Made by a program: the position numbers and the translations under genes
Assembly (NCBI GenBank): GCA_964247055.1
Contig: OZ176058.1
Location: forward strand, 1,736,001 to 1,800,000
Source: Paragordius varius
Taxonomy: Eukaryota; Animalia; Nematomorpha
Direction of reading: 5' to 3'
Length of the DNA: 64,000 nt
Notes under the pieces: generated by a model
The model's database searches: none
What the model saw: only the letters and a program-made list of their open reading frames with translations
What the model was told of the DNA's origin: nothing
Shown: positions 41,765-55,571 of the stretch, one piece after another
How positions within the stretch are numbered: position 1 is the first letter of the stretch
Layout: each line of letters starts with the position of its first letter

Positions 41765-42131
41765 TACCATTTACAGTTCAAATTCACTCTTAATTTAAAT
41801 TCACCCTTAAACAATTCAAATTCACCCTTGAACAATTCAAATTCACCCTCGAACAATTCAAATTCACCCTAAAATAAATTATGTGTTTTTTAAGATTATA
41901 TATTACCTATAATTTTTATATTTATAAAAAAACAAATTTTGTATGTAATCAAAATAATACTGAAAAAAATAATAAACTTTGCCATAAAAATATATTTAAT
42001 TTTAATTATGAGTTATATTAGATACAAGTTTCATAATTTTGTAGGGTGAATTTGAATTGTTCGAGGGTAAATTTGAATTGTTTAAGGGTGAATTTGAATT
42101 GTTTTAGGGTGAATTTGAACTGTAAATGGTA
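41765..42131. mobile_element. MITE family A copy (in the last intron of the RanBPM C-terminal half)
   Basis: TACCATTTACAGTTC...GAACTGTAAATGGTA perfect termini and mirrored 21-bp arrays. Confidence 0.9.
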
Positions 42132-42313
42132 TATTACACAATATAAAGATTATAGATTTTACAGTTTATTCTTAAAAATTACTCCTTACTGTCGATCAAA
42201 TCCAAAAAATATAATATAAATCAAGGCAAAAAAAAGTAGAAATTTACCAAATAAAATAAAATATGTTTAATAAAAAAAATTTTATGCTAAAAAAACTAAA
42301 AATTAAATTTTAC

Positions 42314-42425
42314 CCAAAATAATGCTATTTAGTTGGAGAGCTAATGGTTCTCGATTAAGGGGATCTAAAATACCCTTAATGATAGATTCCCATGGATTTG
42401 AATAAGCTAAAACACTAAAGGCATC
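42314..42425 (-). CDS. RanBPM: RanBP9/10 (RanBPM) C-terminal half, CRA-domain exon
   Basis: AATAG|GAT acceptor; DAFSVLAYSNPWESIIKGILDPLNREPLALQLNSIIL matches the CRA motif [44 protein letters not shown] donor. Confidence 0.9.
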
Positions 42426-42804
42426 CTATTATGAAAATTATATATAAATATAAAAGTAATTTTATTTTTATTTATAAATGTGAATGAAAAAAATATATAT
42501 TATTATTCTTTAAAAAATGTTCTTTTTATTTTTATTAATATAATTAAAAATATTTTTATTAATTAAATAAATAGATATAGAAATATAGTATATAAGTAAT
42601 TGAAAAGATTGTGAAAATTTTAATTTATTTTTACATAAATTCAATTTAGTTTAACATTATATAGTTGCATTTATAACGATGAATATTCAACTAAGATATG
42701 CAAAAAAAACTTTCTTATTTAATTAAATTTCAAACATTATATTATATAATTTTATTAACAGAATAAAACAGTAAAACAAACTTAAAATATATAAAACTAA
42801 TATA

Positions 42805-43103
42805 CAGTAAAAACTAAAATTTCATTAAAACAAAACTTGAAAATATAAAGACGACAAATACTATTTTCAAAAGACAACCATACTTTTTAAAACCCCAATT
42901 TTTGCTATATAAAATATTTGATTACAATCGTAAACTACATAATTAATTGTGCTACCAACAATTTACATTGATATTTGATATTTTGCAATTTAAAACAAGC
43001 AGTTATATTTAAAATATTATAAGATTCAAAAAATATGGTTGCCTTTTAGAAAAAAATATTTGTCTATATATTATTACGTTCCGTATAATTTCAATTTTTT
43101 CTG
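42805..43103. mobile_element. MITE family B copy
   Basis: TA|CAGTAAAAA...TTTTTCTG|TA. Confidence 0.75.
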
Positions 43104-44279
43104 TATTAATAATAATATATTTTATTTTTTATTTATAGAAATAGGAATTTAGTAGTTAAGTAAGGAAACAAAAAAATATATAAAACAAATTTATTAAAAT
43201 AATTTGAATATTTTACAAAAAATATACTATAAACATCTCAATTTTTAAATTTTTAATTAAAGTAAAAAATGAAATTATACCACAAAACGTAAAAATATAC
43301 CATTTTAAATTTAAATTCACCCGTTAATTATTATTAATTCACCCTTGAACAATTCGAATTCACTCTTGAACAATTCTAATTCACCCTAAATTATGTGTTT
43401 TCGGGCTAATATAACTCATTATTTATTAGTAATATGGCATAGTATATTATTTTTTTCAGTATTATATCAATTTTATGCCAATTTCATTTTTTAAAAATAT
43501 AAAATAATATAAGTAGTTTTTAATCTTAAAAACACATCATTTATTTTTAGAATAAATTTGAATTTGAACTGTTCAAGAATTAATATGGATATGGTATATA
43601 TCAAACCAATTTATTAGTTATATATTGAATATTTTACAAGTAAAATATCTGAAACATTCCAATTTTACAGATTTTGAAATCAAAATATGGAAGGACAAAA
43701 ATATATAAAGACAAATTTTTTTTCTAAAACATAACTCCATACTTTTTAAATCTTGAATTTTTAAATATAACTTACATTATTTTATTAAACTACAAATTAT
43801 AATATAGGAATGTCAATTGGTAACACAATCAATTATATGTGCATTAGCAATTCAAATTCACCCTCGAACAATTTAAAATCACTAATAATAAATTATCAGG
43901 CTAATATAACTCATCTTTATTAAGAAATATATTCTTATAAAATAGTATATTTTCAGTAGTATATTAATTTTAAACTGAATATTTTTAAAAAAATAAAAAT
44001 ATAGGTAATTTTTAAATTTAAAAAACGCATAGTTAATTTTAGGGTGAATTTGAATTGTTCGAGGGTAAATTTTGTTAGTGAATTTGAACTGGATATGGTA
44101 TATTTTACGATTGTAAATAAATGAGTTTTATATGGAAATTTTAGATATTTAAAAAAAATGGTCTTTTACAAAAAAATATTTGTCTTTATATTTTAACGTT
44201 TTGTCCGTATAATTTCAATTTTTACTGGATATACTTAAAAAAAATATTATTTTTTATTTTAATAAAATAAATACGTATA

Positions 44280-45010
44280 AAAAATCTCTAAAAATGCTAT
44301 ATATTCTTAAAATAATTTTAATAAAAAAACTTTCAAAATGGTAAAATATTTCATCCTTAATTATTATAAAACTATAATATAATATAATATACATATTATA
44401 TAAAAACTCTAAAAAATGGTTAAATATATAATTTTGGAATATTATTAAAATTATAATATTTTAATATAATTATATTTATAAAATAAAAAAACTCTAAAAA
44501 ATGGTTAAATATATCATTCTTTAAATAAAATATTAAAAATAATAATTTGATATTACGTATAGAAAAAACTCTAAATGCTTAAATACATCATCTTTAAAAT
44601 AACTTAAGTAATTATAAAATTTAAATATCTAAAAATATATACGTATAGTAAAGAACTCTATAAATGGTTAAATACATCATCTTTAAAATAATTATAATAA
44701 TTATATAATTTAAATATCTTAAAATATATACTGTATGGAAAAAAAATTCTTAACAAGGATAAATATATTATTTTTAAAATAATTAATATCTTATAATAAA
44801 ACTTTATGGAAAAAAACTCTAAAACAACTTAAATTTTTTTTTAAAATAATTATTATAAAACTATATTATAATTATACAAGTTTATTATTAATAAAAACTC
44901 AAAAAAGGTTAAATATATCATTAAAATAATTATAATAAAACTATAATTTATATAATATATTTATAAAAAAATTCAAAAAAAGTCTAAAAACTTCTAAATA
45001 AAGTTTAAAA
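44280..45010. repeat. About 60-70-bp degenerate AT-rich intronic array
   Basis: Recurrent AAAAACTCTAAAAAATGGTTAAATATATCAT. Confidence 0.75.
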
Positions 45011-45121
45011 CTTCCAAATAATAATAAAATATAATTATACAAATTTATCATAAATAACTCAAAAAAGTCCAAATTTTAATTTTTATTAGAAATTTCAAAT
45101 AAAATTCAAAATCTTAAATAC

Positions 45122-45261
45122 TTGTAATTGCCTATCAATCTCATCAGCGGTATAGGGAATTATAAGGGTAGATTGTTTTAATTTTTGTCCTTTGTTTGCA
45201 AATTCACTCAGATTTTTATCGTTTATAGCCGGCGTTTTGATATTCGTGTTATTAGTTGAGC
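45122..45261 (-). CDS. RanBPM: RanBPM C-terminal half, exon preceding the CRA core exon
   Basis: AATAG|GC acceptor; STNNTNIKTPAINDKNLSEFANKGQKLKQSTLIIPYTADEIDRQLQ; CAA|GTATTT donor, phase 0 into DAFS. Confidence 0.7.
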
Positions 45262-46899
45262 CTATTTATAAAAGAATTAAAATAATTAAGAATTATTATA
45301 AAAATTTATAAATATATTTTTTCTGAATACTTGAATTAAATGTACTTTTAAAAAATAATTAATATAATTCAACATTTTTTATCGTTTTATAATTTCTATG
45401 TTAATATATTTATTTATATATATATATATATAAAGTAAACATTTCTATTTTCAGTTTTTTTAAAACAATTATTAATTTTTTGGAAAAAATAATTGGGAAT
45501 TTCGAAATTATCGTTTATAGCTGGCGTTTTGATATTACTGTTATTGGTTGAGCCTATTTAATAGAAATAAAATAATTAAGATTTATTAAAATTTATTTAT
45601 GAAAATATTTTTATTTTTTATTCCTCGAAATTTTATTAAAGCTAATTAATATTTTTTATCGTTTTATAATTTCTATTATAATATTTATATAAAAAATAAA
45701 CATTTTGATTTTCAATTTTTTGTTAATAACTGTATTTTTATAAACAACTCGTTAAAAAATAACTAATTTTTTTGCAAATTCACCAAATATTTATCTTTAA
45801 AACTTTATTGCTATATTGTTATAGGTTGAGCTTATATAATAGAAAATTCAGATTTATCTTATAAAATATTTTTATATTTTATTCCTCAATATTTTATTAA
45901 AGATAATTAATATTTTTTATTATTTTATAATTTCTATTTTAATATATATATATCATATCCATTTATAATTTGCTATTAAAAACTGTTTTTTATAAACAAC
46001 TTATTATTTTAGAAAAAATAACTAAATTTTTTTTGCAAATTCACCCAAATTTTTATCGTTTATAGCTGGCATTTTGTTTTTCGTGTTATTGGTTGAGCCT
46101 AATTAAATATCAAAATTAAATAATTAAGATATAAATATAATTTTATTTTTTCTTTATAAATTATTTCATAAAAATTACTTTTTGGGGAATTTAAAATTTT
46201 TAATAATTAACTGTTATTAATTCTTTTAATATTTAAAAAATAACCTCATTTTCAATAGTTGTGACTACTGTTTTTTTTATAAACAACTATTTATTAGTAA
46301 AAATAATTAATTTTTCTTACAAATTTATCAAAATTAATTGTTTAATATCGTGGTTTTACTATTAATGTTAATTAAAGAGCTTGTTTAATAAAAATAAAAT
46401 GAATAAAATATATTTTAAAAATCCCAATTTATTACATCTAGGTATTTGTATTTCCTTTTATAATATTTTATTTAATTATTTTTCAAGGATTTCACAATTT
46501 TTATCGTTTAATTAATAATTTTTTTATTTAAATAGCTAAAAAATAACCATTTTTAATACATGATTTTTTTAATATGGTAAAAATATAATTTTTTTTGCAA
46601 ATTCACCCAATATTTTATCGTTAAATAGACAGATATCGAGGTGAAAAAAAACTTAGAATTAAACCAAACCATGACTTTTAAAAGCTCATTTGAAAAGTTT
46701 TTTTTTGAAATTAAACTCAAGCTATTAATAATAAAAACTGCTTTTTTCTTTTGGCTTGTCAACATTTCAAGTTATATTATCGATGTTTTCTAAAACTATC
46801 AAATTTTTGAAAAACATATCGAGTTGGTGGTGAAACACACTTATAATTTAGAAAGGAATTATTAAATAAAGGTCATTCATTATATTTCCATTAAAACCA

Positions 46900-49700
46900 A
46901 TTTTAAAATTTTCTAAACCATCTACAATGAAAAAAAATTCAAATTCCAATGATTTTTTTTCAAATTTTTCATCGAATTTTTATTATCCTTATTTTCTACA
47001 ATGTTTTTTGCCAAATTAGAGTTTGTGTTTTGCTTTTTAAGTTTTTAAAAGATAAAAAACTTTTTAAACAACGGAATTTTCGAACAAATTATTTAATTAT
47101 GAATATTTAAATAATTTAAATTCATGTTTTTTTCAAATTTTTCATCGGAATTTTTATATTATCATTATTGATAAATGCCATCAAATCTTTGAGAGTTTAA
47201 GCTTAGCTCTTTAAGTTTTTTGAAAAAATATTTAAATAAAAATACACTTTAAACTTAAATTATTTAATAATTAAATATTTAACATAATTCAAACCGATAC
47301 TTTTTTCTAAGCTTTTTGATTTTTATTCTCATTTATTTTTTAACTGCTGATTGGCAAATTTTGTAAGTTTAAGTTTCGATCTTTAAGTTTTCAAAAGATC
47401 TTTGGAAAAAAAAATATTTAAACTATGAGTTCCCCAACAAATTATTTAATATATAAATAAATATTAACCATAATTTAAATGAATCCTTTTTTCGTTAGGC
47501 TTTTCATTTCATTTCATTTTATTATTATTTTTTATAAATGCCATCAAATTTTAGTTTTCAAAAGATGTTTGAAGAAAAAACTTTTTTAAACCATTAACCT
47601 AACTAATTATTAAATATTTAAAAAATATTTTCCATAATTTACACCAATATTTTCTTCTTAAAACTTTTCATTTCAAGTCTTATTATCATTATTTTCAAAG
47701 GCCATCAAATTTTTTAAAGTTTAAGTTTTGCTCTTTAACTTTTCAACAAAAGACATCATATATATTATTGTAAATTTTTATTCAAATACATTAAAACAAA
47801 TAAAGAACAATTATAAATATATATGTAAAATCTAACCATTACTTTTTATCAAATTTTTTAAAGTTTAAATTTCGATTTTTAAGTTTTTAAAAGATATTTG
47901 AGAAAAAAACTTTTTACATAAATTTCCTAACAAATTATTTAAAATTCAAGTATATAACATAATTTAAACAAATATTTTTCCTTTATGCTTTTCATTTGAA
48001 GTCTTCTTATTATTATTATCATTTTTTTCCTAAAGCCATCAAATTTTAGCGCTCTTTAAGTTTTCAAAAGATATATGAAATTTTTTTTACAACAAATAAA
48101 GAATATTTAAAAATATTATATATAAAATATCTAACCATAACTTTTTTCTTTAGGCTTTTTATTTAAAATCTTATTATTTCTAATTACATCATTATTTTCT
48201 AGTATGTTATATGCTTAATTTTTGTAAGTTAAAGTTTTAGATTTTGAAAAAAAAAACTCTTTAAACCATGAATTTCCTCACAAATTAAAGAACAAATTAA
48301 GATTAATTATAACTAACAAATGCTTTTTTCTTTAGAGACTTTTCATTTAAAGTTTTATTATTATCATATCATTATTTTCTAAAGCCATCAAATTTAGAAT
48401 TTTAAGTATTACTCTTAAAAGTTTTTTTATATTATCAAAACAAATTATCTAAAACTCTCAAAGTCATGAAATTAATTTCCATTAAAAACAAATTAAGAGT
48501 AATTAAAAATATATACAGTAAAAATTGAAATTATACGGCAGAATGTAATAATATAAAGAATATTTTTTCAAACTACAACCCCATACTTTTTAAAACATTA
48601 ATTTTTCTCATCTAAGCTATTTGTTACAATTGTAAAATATAGAATTGATTGTGGTTAGTTTTAATAACTCTTATTCAAATTTTGATATTATGAACAATGA
48701 GAGTTATACTTAAAAAAATTAAGAATTAAAAAGTATGGCGTTGTTTTTTAGAAAAAAATATTTGCCTCTATATTTTTACATTTTGTTCGTATACAGTTTT
48801 TACTGTAAAATCTAACCAATATTTTTATTAAAAGTTTTATTATCATCATTATTTTCTAAAGTCATCAAATTTTAGGTTCGCTTTTGGTTTTCAAAAGATA
48901 TTTGAAACAAAAAACTTTTTAAACCTTAAATTTCCCACAAATTAATCAATTATGGATTTATCATATTAAAACCAATAGTATATATAGTTTTTTAGGCTTT
49001 TCATTTAAAATTTTATTATTATTATCATTTTTTCCAAAGCACCATTAAATTTTGGGCTCAGCTTCTTAAGTTTTCAAAAGATAATTGAGAAAAAAACTTT
49101 AAAACACCTCAAACAATTTAATATATATATAACATAAAACAAATATTATTTCTTTTTCATTTGAAGTTCTGTTATTATTATTCTATAAAGTGTTTTAATT
49201 GCCTAATTTTTATAAGTAAGTTTTCAAAAGACATCAAATATTATTATTGTAAAAAAAATTATCTAATAAAACTTTCAAAGTCTCACATGAAATTTCCTTA
49301 AAAAAAAACAAATAAATATATTTCTTAACATAATTTAAACAATTACTTTTTTCTTTAGGCTGCTTTTCATTTGAAATTTTATAATCATTTAAAGTATTTT
49401 TATCATCATTATTTTCTAAAGCCATCAAATTTTTAAGAGTTTGAACTTCGTTCTTCAAGTATTCAAATTATTTCAAAAAAAAACCTTTTAAACTATAAAT
49501 TTCCCAAAAAAAATTAAAAAAAACTTTTTAAACAATAAATCCTTCCAACGAGACATTCAATATTTAACATATTAAAACCAATGGTTTTTTAGGCTTTTCA
49601 TTTAAAGTCTTATTATTAGTAATATCATCATTATTTTCTAGAGTCATCATTTTAAGCTTTTTAAGTTTTCAAAAGATACTTGCGAAAAAAAACTATTTTC
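46900..49700 (-). repeat. About a dozen degenerate tandem copies of the 49347-49452 exon with flanks
   Basis: Recurrent TTAGGCTTTTCATTT..TATCATTATTTTCTAAAGCCATCAAATTT..GTTTTCAAAAGAT. Interrupted by a family B MITE at 48516-48805. Confidence 0.8.
49347..49452 (-). CDS. RanBPM C-terminal half, most 5' exon found (acceptor uncertain)
   Basis: NEVQTLKNLMALENNDDKNTLNDYKISNEKQPKEK then A|GTAATT; A+GC completes Ser with the next exon. Needs an AAG acceptor (TTGAAG|) because an in-frame TAA lies 12-15 nt upstream. NEVQTL resembles RanBP9 'RELQAM'. Confidence 0.5.
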
Positions 49701-49740
49701 TATTAATCTATATATTTATAAAAATGGAAAATGCTGGCTT

Positions 49741-50604
49741 TGTGATCTGGTACAGGAAAACCGGTAGACCCAATCAAATCCAAATATCGAAAAAATATAA
49801 TCATTAATGAATGGCCCGACAATAGCTTCGCCCTTTTTTAGAAATAGGGCCCCAGTTCGGGCCCACCCCGTGTGAAAAATGGGTTTTTTTTTTGAAAACA
49901 CAAGTCCACAAAAATCGTGTCTTTGAGACAATTTTCCGGAGAACGTGTTGGACCATTCAATTTTAAATACGATTTTTGTTTACATATTTTTGATCGCGCT
50001 GAACATAGTCGAGTCACTTTTTTGATTTAGGCCCTCTTTTTACCCCCTCCCCCCGTAAAATGCCATTTTTTTCAAAAAACAAAGTCCACAAAAATAATTT
50101 TCTAAATCGATTTTTCGCCCTAGGTATGAGACCGTAAAAATTCAATAAAGATTCCACGTATTCCCTGTTAAAAGGCAAAAATTTTAGTCCACCGTTTATT
50201 TGATGATAGCTGCTGGGTAAGGAGCTACCCGCTAAAAACTAATTTTTCATATAACTTTGTGATCTGGTACAGGAAAACCGGTAGACCCATTCAAATCCAA
50301 ACTTCGAAAAAATATAATCATTAATGAATGCCCCGACAATAGCTTCGCCATTTTTTTGAATTAGGCCCCCAGTTCGGGCCCACCCCGTGTGAAAAATGGG
50401 TTTTTTTTGAAAATGACAAGTCCACAAAAATCGTGTCTTTGAGACAATTTTCCGGAGAACGTGTTGGACCATTCAATTTCAAATATGATTTTTGTTTACT
50501 TATTTTCGATTGCGCCGAACATAGCCGAGCCACTTTTTTGATATAGGCCCTCTTTTTACCCCCTACCCCCGTAAAATGCCACTGTTTTTCAAAAAAAGTC
50601 CACA
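49741..50604. repeat. GC-elevated about 350-bp direct repeat pair (49741-50090, 50258-50604) with a 167-bp spacer; class unknown
   Basis: Both copies run TGTGATCTGGTACAGGAAAACCGG...AAGTCCACA. Confidence 0.9.
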
Positions 50605-51001
50605 AAATTTATTTTTATATAATTGTAAAAACTTAAAAATTTCTCTAATATTGATAAATGAATTAGAGTTACGTTTTCCGGAAAATTGCTCGTGTAAATT
50701 AATATTTTTTTATTAAACCATATCTTTTACCGAATAAGTATTAGTCGCATACCCAATAAAATTGCACAAAATTACATTACATAGCAATATTTAATTATGG
50801 ATAAAGGAGCTAATAAATTTTATATAATTATAATAATGGTTGAAAATGTATTATATATTTAATTATTTTTTATTAATAAATATATATTTATAAATTATAG
50901 AGGTCGCATATATCTAATAATTCAAAATAATTAAATACTTATTTATTAATAAATTTTTCACTATTAATAGTATGTATTTTTATTGTTTTTACATGATAGT
51001 A

Positions 51002-51330
51002 TACCATTTACAATTCAAATTCACCCTTAAACATTTTATAAATTCACCCTTAAACAAATCAAATTCACCCTTAAAACAATTTAAATTCACCCTCGAACAA
51101 TATAAATCCACCCTAAAATAAATTATGTGTTTTTTACATTTAAAATTATCTTTATTATTTAAATTTTAAAAATATGAAATTCTGTTTAAAATTAATATAA
51201 TGGTGATAAAATAACAAACAATGCCATAAGAATATATTTCTTATTAATGATGAGTTATAATAGTTGAAAAATCATAATGTATTAGGGTGAATTCGAATTG
51301 TTCAAGGGTAAATTTGAATTCTAAATGATA
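51002..51330. mobile_element. MITE family A copy
   Basis: TACCATTTAC...CTAAATGATA with 21-bp units. Confidence 0.8.
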
Positions 51331-51559
51331 TATATATATACAATAAAGAGAAATATTATTGACCTAAAGTTATAATTTTGCCTTTATTCATCAATAAAAA
51401 GCTCTCTTTACTGTATATGTTAGCCGGTTAATATTACATAAAATATAGCAAGAAAGTTATTTATTCAAGCAAACACTTTACCTATTCTATATATAGAAAT
51501 ACATTGCCAACTTTTTATTAAACATTGCCAGATATTTCTAAATGAAAATTATTTTAAAT

Positions 51560-52000
51560 TAACATCAATGTTACCAAGGTTTAACTGGATGATAAATGAT
51601 ATTTCAGTTTTAATTTTATATTAAATAAATTTGTCAATAGCAAACTTTATGCTGACGATGACCAAAGTAACATAATTTAAAATTGGTTTTTTTTTGAAAA
51701 ACATTTAAATATAAATGGTATAAGCCTTATTATATAAAAATGTAATATTTGGTTTAAACTACTTTTTGACCAATTTATTTAAATTTGTAATTATAAGAAA
51801 AATGATTTAAAATTTTAAAGTCATCTTTAAAATCAAAAATATGATGTGATTGTTTCAGACAATTATATAGAAAAAGTGTTATATAAAAGTGTTTTTATAT
51901 CGATTCCACCCAAAATATCTCAAATATCACGCCACCAAAATTTTGCTATAAAAAGCTTTTTTAGAAAGAGATCTAGATGAGAACTACTAAAATTTTTCTT
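51560..52000 (+). mobile_element. Highly decayed non-LTR retrotransposon reverse transcriptase fragment (CR1/L2-like)
   Basis: Ordered remnants: TS..(P)QG (about 51563-51580), SKLYADD (51638-51658), KC, (G)VIVSD, IEKV. Frameshifted, no long ORF. Confidence 0.5.
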
Positions 52001-55000
52001 TAATAAAGCATTTATTCACTTTATAATGCAATTTATATTTAAGATAATATGAATTTATTATGTTTCGATAATTATGAAATATATATAAAAAATATTTAGT
52101 AGCAAATTTGCATGATACAAAATGTTTTTATAATGTAAAATTTTAAAATCATCTCAAAATTTTTTGCCCATTTTTTTCATATTTTTTTAAGAACGCTAAT
52201 ACATTGGGCAAATAATTGCATCTTATAATTAAATAACTTAAGACAGCTTATAAATTAAATTCCAGAAATTTTTTAATATTTTTTTTAATATCAGCAGTTT
52301 GCCTCCATTATGTTTTGGACTTATCCGACGTTGATAGTAAAGAAGTTATAAAACTGTAAAAATTATAATGTCGTTTAATGTAATATAGTAAAAGAGAGTT
52401 TGAAAATTGAATTATAACCAAAAAACTTTGTAAACATTATGTTTAATACTTTAAGTCGGGAAAGAAATACCCCAAAATGTCACGGCGTACAAAAAATGGA
52501 AAATATACTGAAGCGTTTCATTGTTTTTTCACAGTTTAAACCACGCTACCAAATGCCATAAAACTCTTAAATTTTAAATCTACAGAAAAAATAAAATTAT
52601 ATAGATAAAATATAAAACAAAGACAAAATATTTTTTTCAAAAGACAACCTTATACTTTTATAAACCTTACTTTATCCTATAAATAAAATTGCAATCTTAA
52701 ATCCAATTGACATTCCTATATACTTTGTAGTCTAGAAATTATGAGTTATATATAAAATAATCAAGATAAAAAAAGTATAGTTGTTTTTTTAAAAAAATAT
52801 TTGTCCTTATATTTGAAGTTTTGTCCGTATATTTTTAATTTTTACTGTAAAAGTATAACGTTTTTTTGAGCTAAAATTTTTTGATATTTCAATCTAACAC
52901 TTAATTCATATTGCGGTATCTCATTTTGCGTTTACTATCAATAATCTAGCCTATTTTATGGGGGTTAAAAGTCGAAACTTTTATAATTCAAAAAAAAATT
53001 TAAAATCTATTAGATTTGTTTTTATCTTTAATATAGAATTTTAGTACATTTTTGAAATTAAAGCATTTTAGCATCGTATTCAATCCGATACCAGTGAGGG
53101 GGGTATAAAAATATTTTGATGAAATATACATTGCGTTTGAAATCGGGTGGTATATAAATAATCTAATGCATATATTCTGATAAGAAAATGTATCATAATT
53201 ATCATGGTACTTTTGGTTTGTTTTAAAAGCAAAGTAACAATGCTTTAACAATTCAGGTAACTACCCCCTACATACAATGGCAAATTTGCGCACATTTTAT
53301 CAAATAAAATTTGATGAAAGCTTAAGGCTTTCGAAAAAAAATATCACAAACATATTTTATAACTACAGATAAATAGCAAAATAATATTACTTAATATTTA
53401 ATTTTTAAATGTGGGTTTCGAAAGTCCCATAATTCATAGTTTTATTTAAAACGCAAAGCCGAGATTGTGCGAAGCTAAATTTTTCGATCAATATAAATTT
53501 TTTTTTGCAAAAATAATAATATTTTTACTAAAATTTTGTCGAAACGTACATAGAACTTTATGAGAAAAACGGTATAAAAACGCTTTTAGGAACTAAAACT
53601 TTTTGATGTTGAACATTTATATTACAGTTTAAGTTATTTACAGTTATACGACTTCTAAATAAGAAAGCTCCAAAACACGATCGCAACGTTGATATGTTAA
53701 TTTAAACACATCAAGATTTTCCTCGTAAAATGTAGCCTGAAAATTTTTTGTTAATTATATGTTTAACTAATTATTATAGAACATTTTTTGCCTGTCGCAT
53801 TAGCGATTAAAAAAATCCATGAAAAAAATGGCGACACAAAAGTTGGAGATGAGGATGTTTTTTTTTCAATTTTTCATTTTTTAAAATTTTTTTAATGCAA
53901 AAGTCAAAAAGTATTTCTGAAATTGCTTGAACCTTAAGTACTTTTTATTTATTTTTTTAAATGATTCTGCGATATAAACTGCCCCACAATGTAATGGAGT
54001 TTAAAATATAAGTTCCTTTTCAACTTATGTTAAACATAATTTTTCACAAGGTTTCAGCCAAATTTGAAGCATATCAACATGTAAATTAATCTGAGGTAAT
54101 AAACATGCTCAGCATCATCGAACTGTATGTAAAAAGTTATCTTAAAAACCAAAGTCTATAGTATGCAATAAAATTTTGATATAATTTAATTTTTATAAAT
54201 AAGTGTGCATTTTTAAAAAATATATTTAGTAGGTATCAAAAATTAGTATTTTTTATCGTACAGTCTGAAAATTTTACATCTATTATAATAGCTAGTCTAT
54301 TTTAGTGCAAAAAAATTAGGGTTTGGAGCACATTTATATAATAAAATTTTATCTTAAAAATGGAAGAATTGATGTGGCAGATATGTTAATAAGACTTGAT
54401 TTGTGTGCAGTATGTAATCAAAACCAAAAAAATAATTCGTAATATTTACATCTTTTGTTAATAAATTTGCAGGTTTATTCTCCAAATTGTATTCTGGATA
54501 TTAAAATTATAAAATATAGGGTTATATTACGTTATATATTTTATCATTGTTTTGTCAGCCAATTTTATGAACATACATTTATCCAGATTGACAATATCTT
54601 GATACGACAAAGTATATTATTTTTAATTATTTTTGAAAATATTATAAATCCTTGTTTTATTAAATAGTAGCTTTTTGAAATTTAATGGAGTTTTTACTCC
54701 AAGCACTTAGTTTATCTATTTCAATCACTGTTCTGCATTAATTTACTGTCTTATATATTTAATATCATTTTTGTAAATTATACATATCTAATATATTGCA
54801 AAATATAATGGCAAACGCTCTATTTAACCAGAGACATACTTTAAATTTTAAAATATTACATTTGATTTTTTGTGTTATAAAATTTTATCCCAAAGATTTT
54901 TCAAATAGTATTTTAAAATCCTTAGTCAGTCATTTTAAATTTATAGATAATATATTATTTTTTTTCAATAAAACAATTTTTTTTTAATATACATGAATTT

Positions 55001-55255
55001 AAACTATTATACATTCTTTTATTCAATGGAATCGCGACTTTTTCATTTAATATTGGCAGAGAGCATTTACAGTAAAGAGCAGTTTTATTGGCTTAAAGGA
55101 AGCATAATGGTACATTATTACATATTTTTTAGGCATAAGTTAAGGATATTTACGCTAAATATAAATCAAGGCTGCCTTACACAAATGGCACCTGCGGGTT
55201 ATCTCTATAAAAAAATTTTAATAACTTTTTAAATTCATATTAATTAGAAGAAAAA

Positions 55256-55571
55256 ATGACTCTGTTAATTGGTTCGTCCACAAATTCTGAGCTCCGAGCA
55301 AATCGAAACAACAGTAACAATAGCAATAACCCAGATAATACAACAACCATGTTAGATGATGAAGGATGGCAAGATGGAGGTAATAATGATGAAACTCACC
55401 AAATGGCATCAAATTCTTTTGCTTGTGCTAATCAATTCCCAGCAGACCTAATTCCACTGCTGTATCCCAATGTGAATGAAAGTGAAACACCCCTACCCCG
55501 GGCCTGGAGTTCAAAGGATAAATTTAACTTTCTCGGTCTATCGCAGGATAGATTAACCGTTAATTATAAAG
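55256..55571 (+). CDS. RanBPM: RanBP9/10 (RanBPM) N-terminal half, coding exon 1
   Basis: ATG at 55256; ...[37 protein letters not shown] is the typical RanBP9 pre-SPRY segment; G|GTAATA donor. Confidence 0.9.

Noticed and set aside
49716-50605. Track ORFs in the GC-rich direct repeats; LTR/TRIM interpretation
   Set aside because: The two copies are open in different frames with no recognisable domain. TG...CA ends are present, but no primer-binding site, polypurine tract or target-site duplication.
52240-52340. Minus-strand HNGGKLLILKKIL as the RanBP9 'CGGSQAAIERM' segment
   Set aside because: Flanked by in-frame stops without usable splice sites.
53000-53266. Minus-strand 83-aa ORF as the missing CTLH exon of RanBPM
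   Set aside because: Only a vague LPELLK resemblance; no LisH/CTLH motifs (YLVHHGY, RQFIEM) and a poor acceptor.
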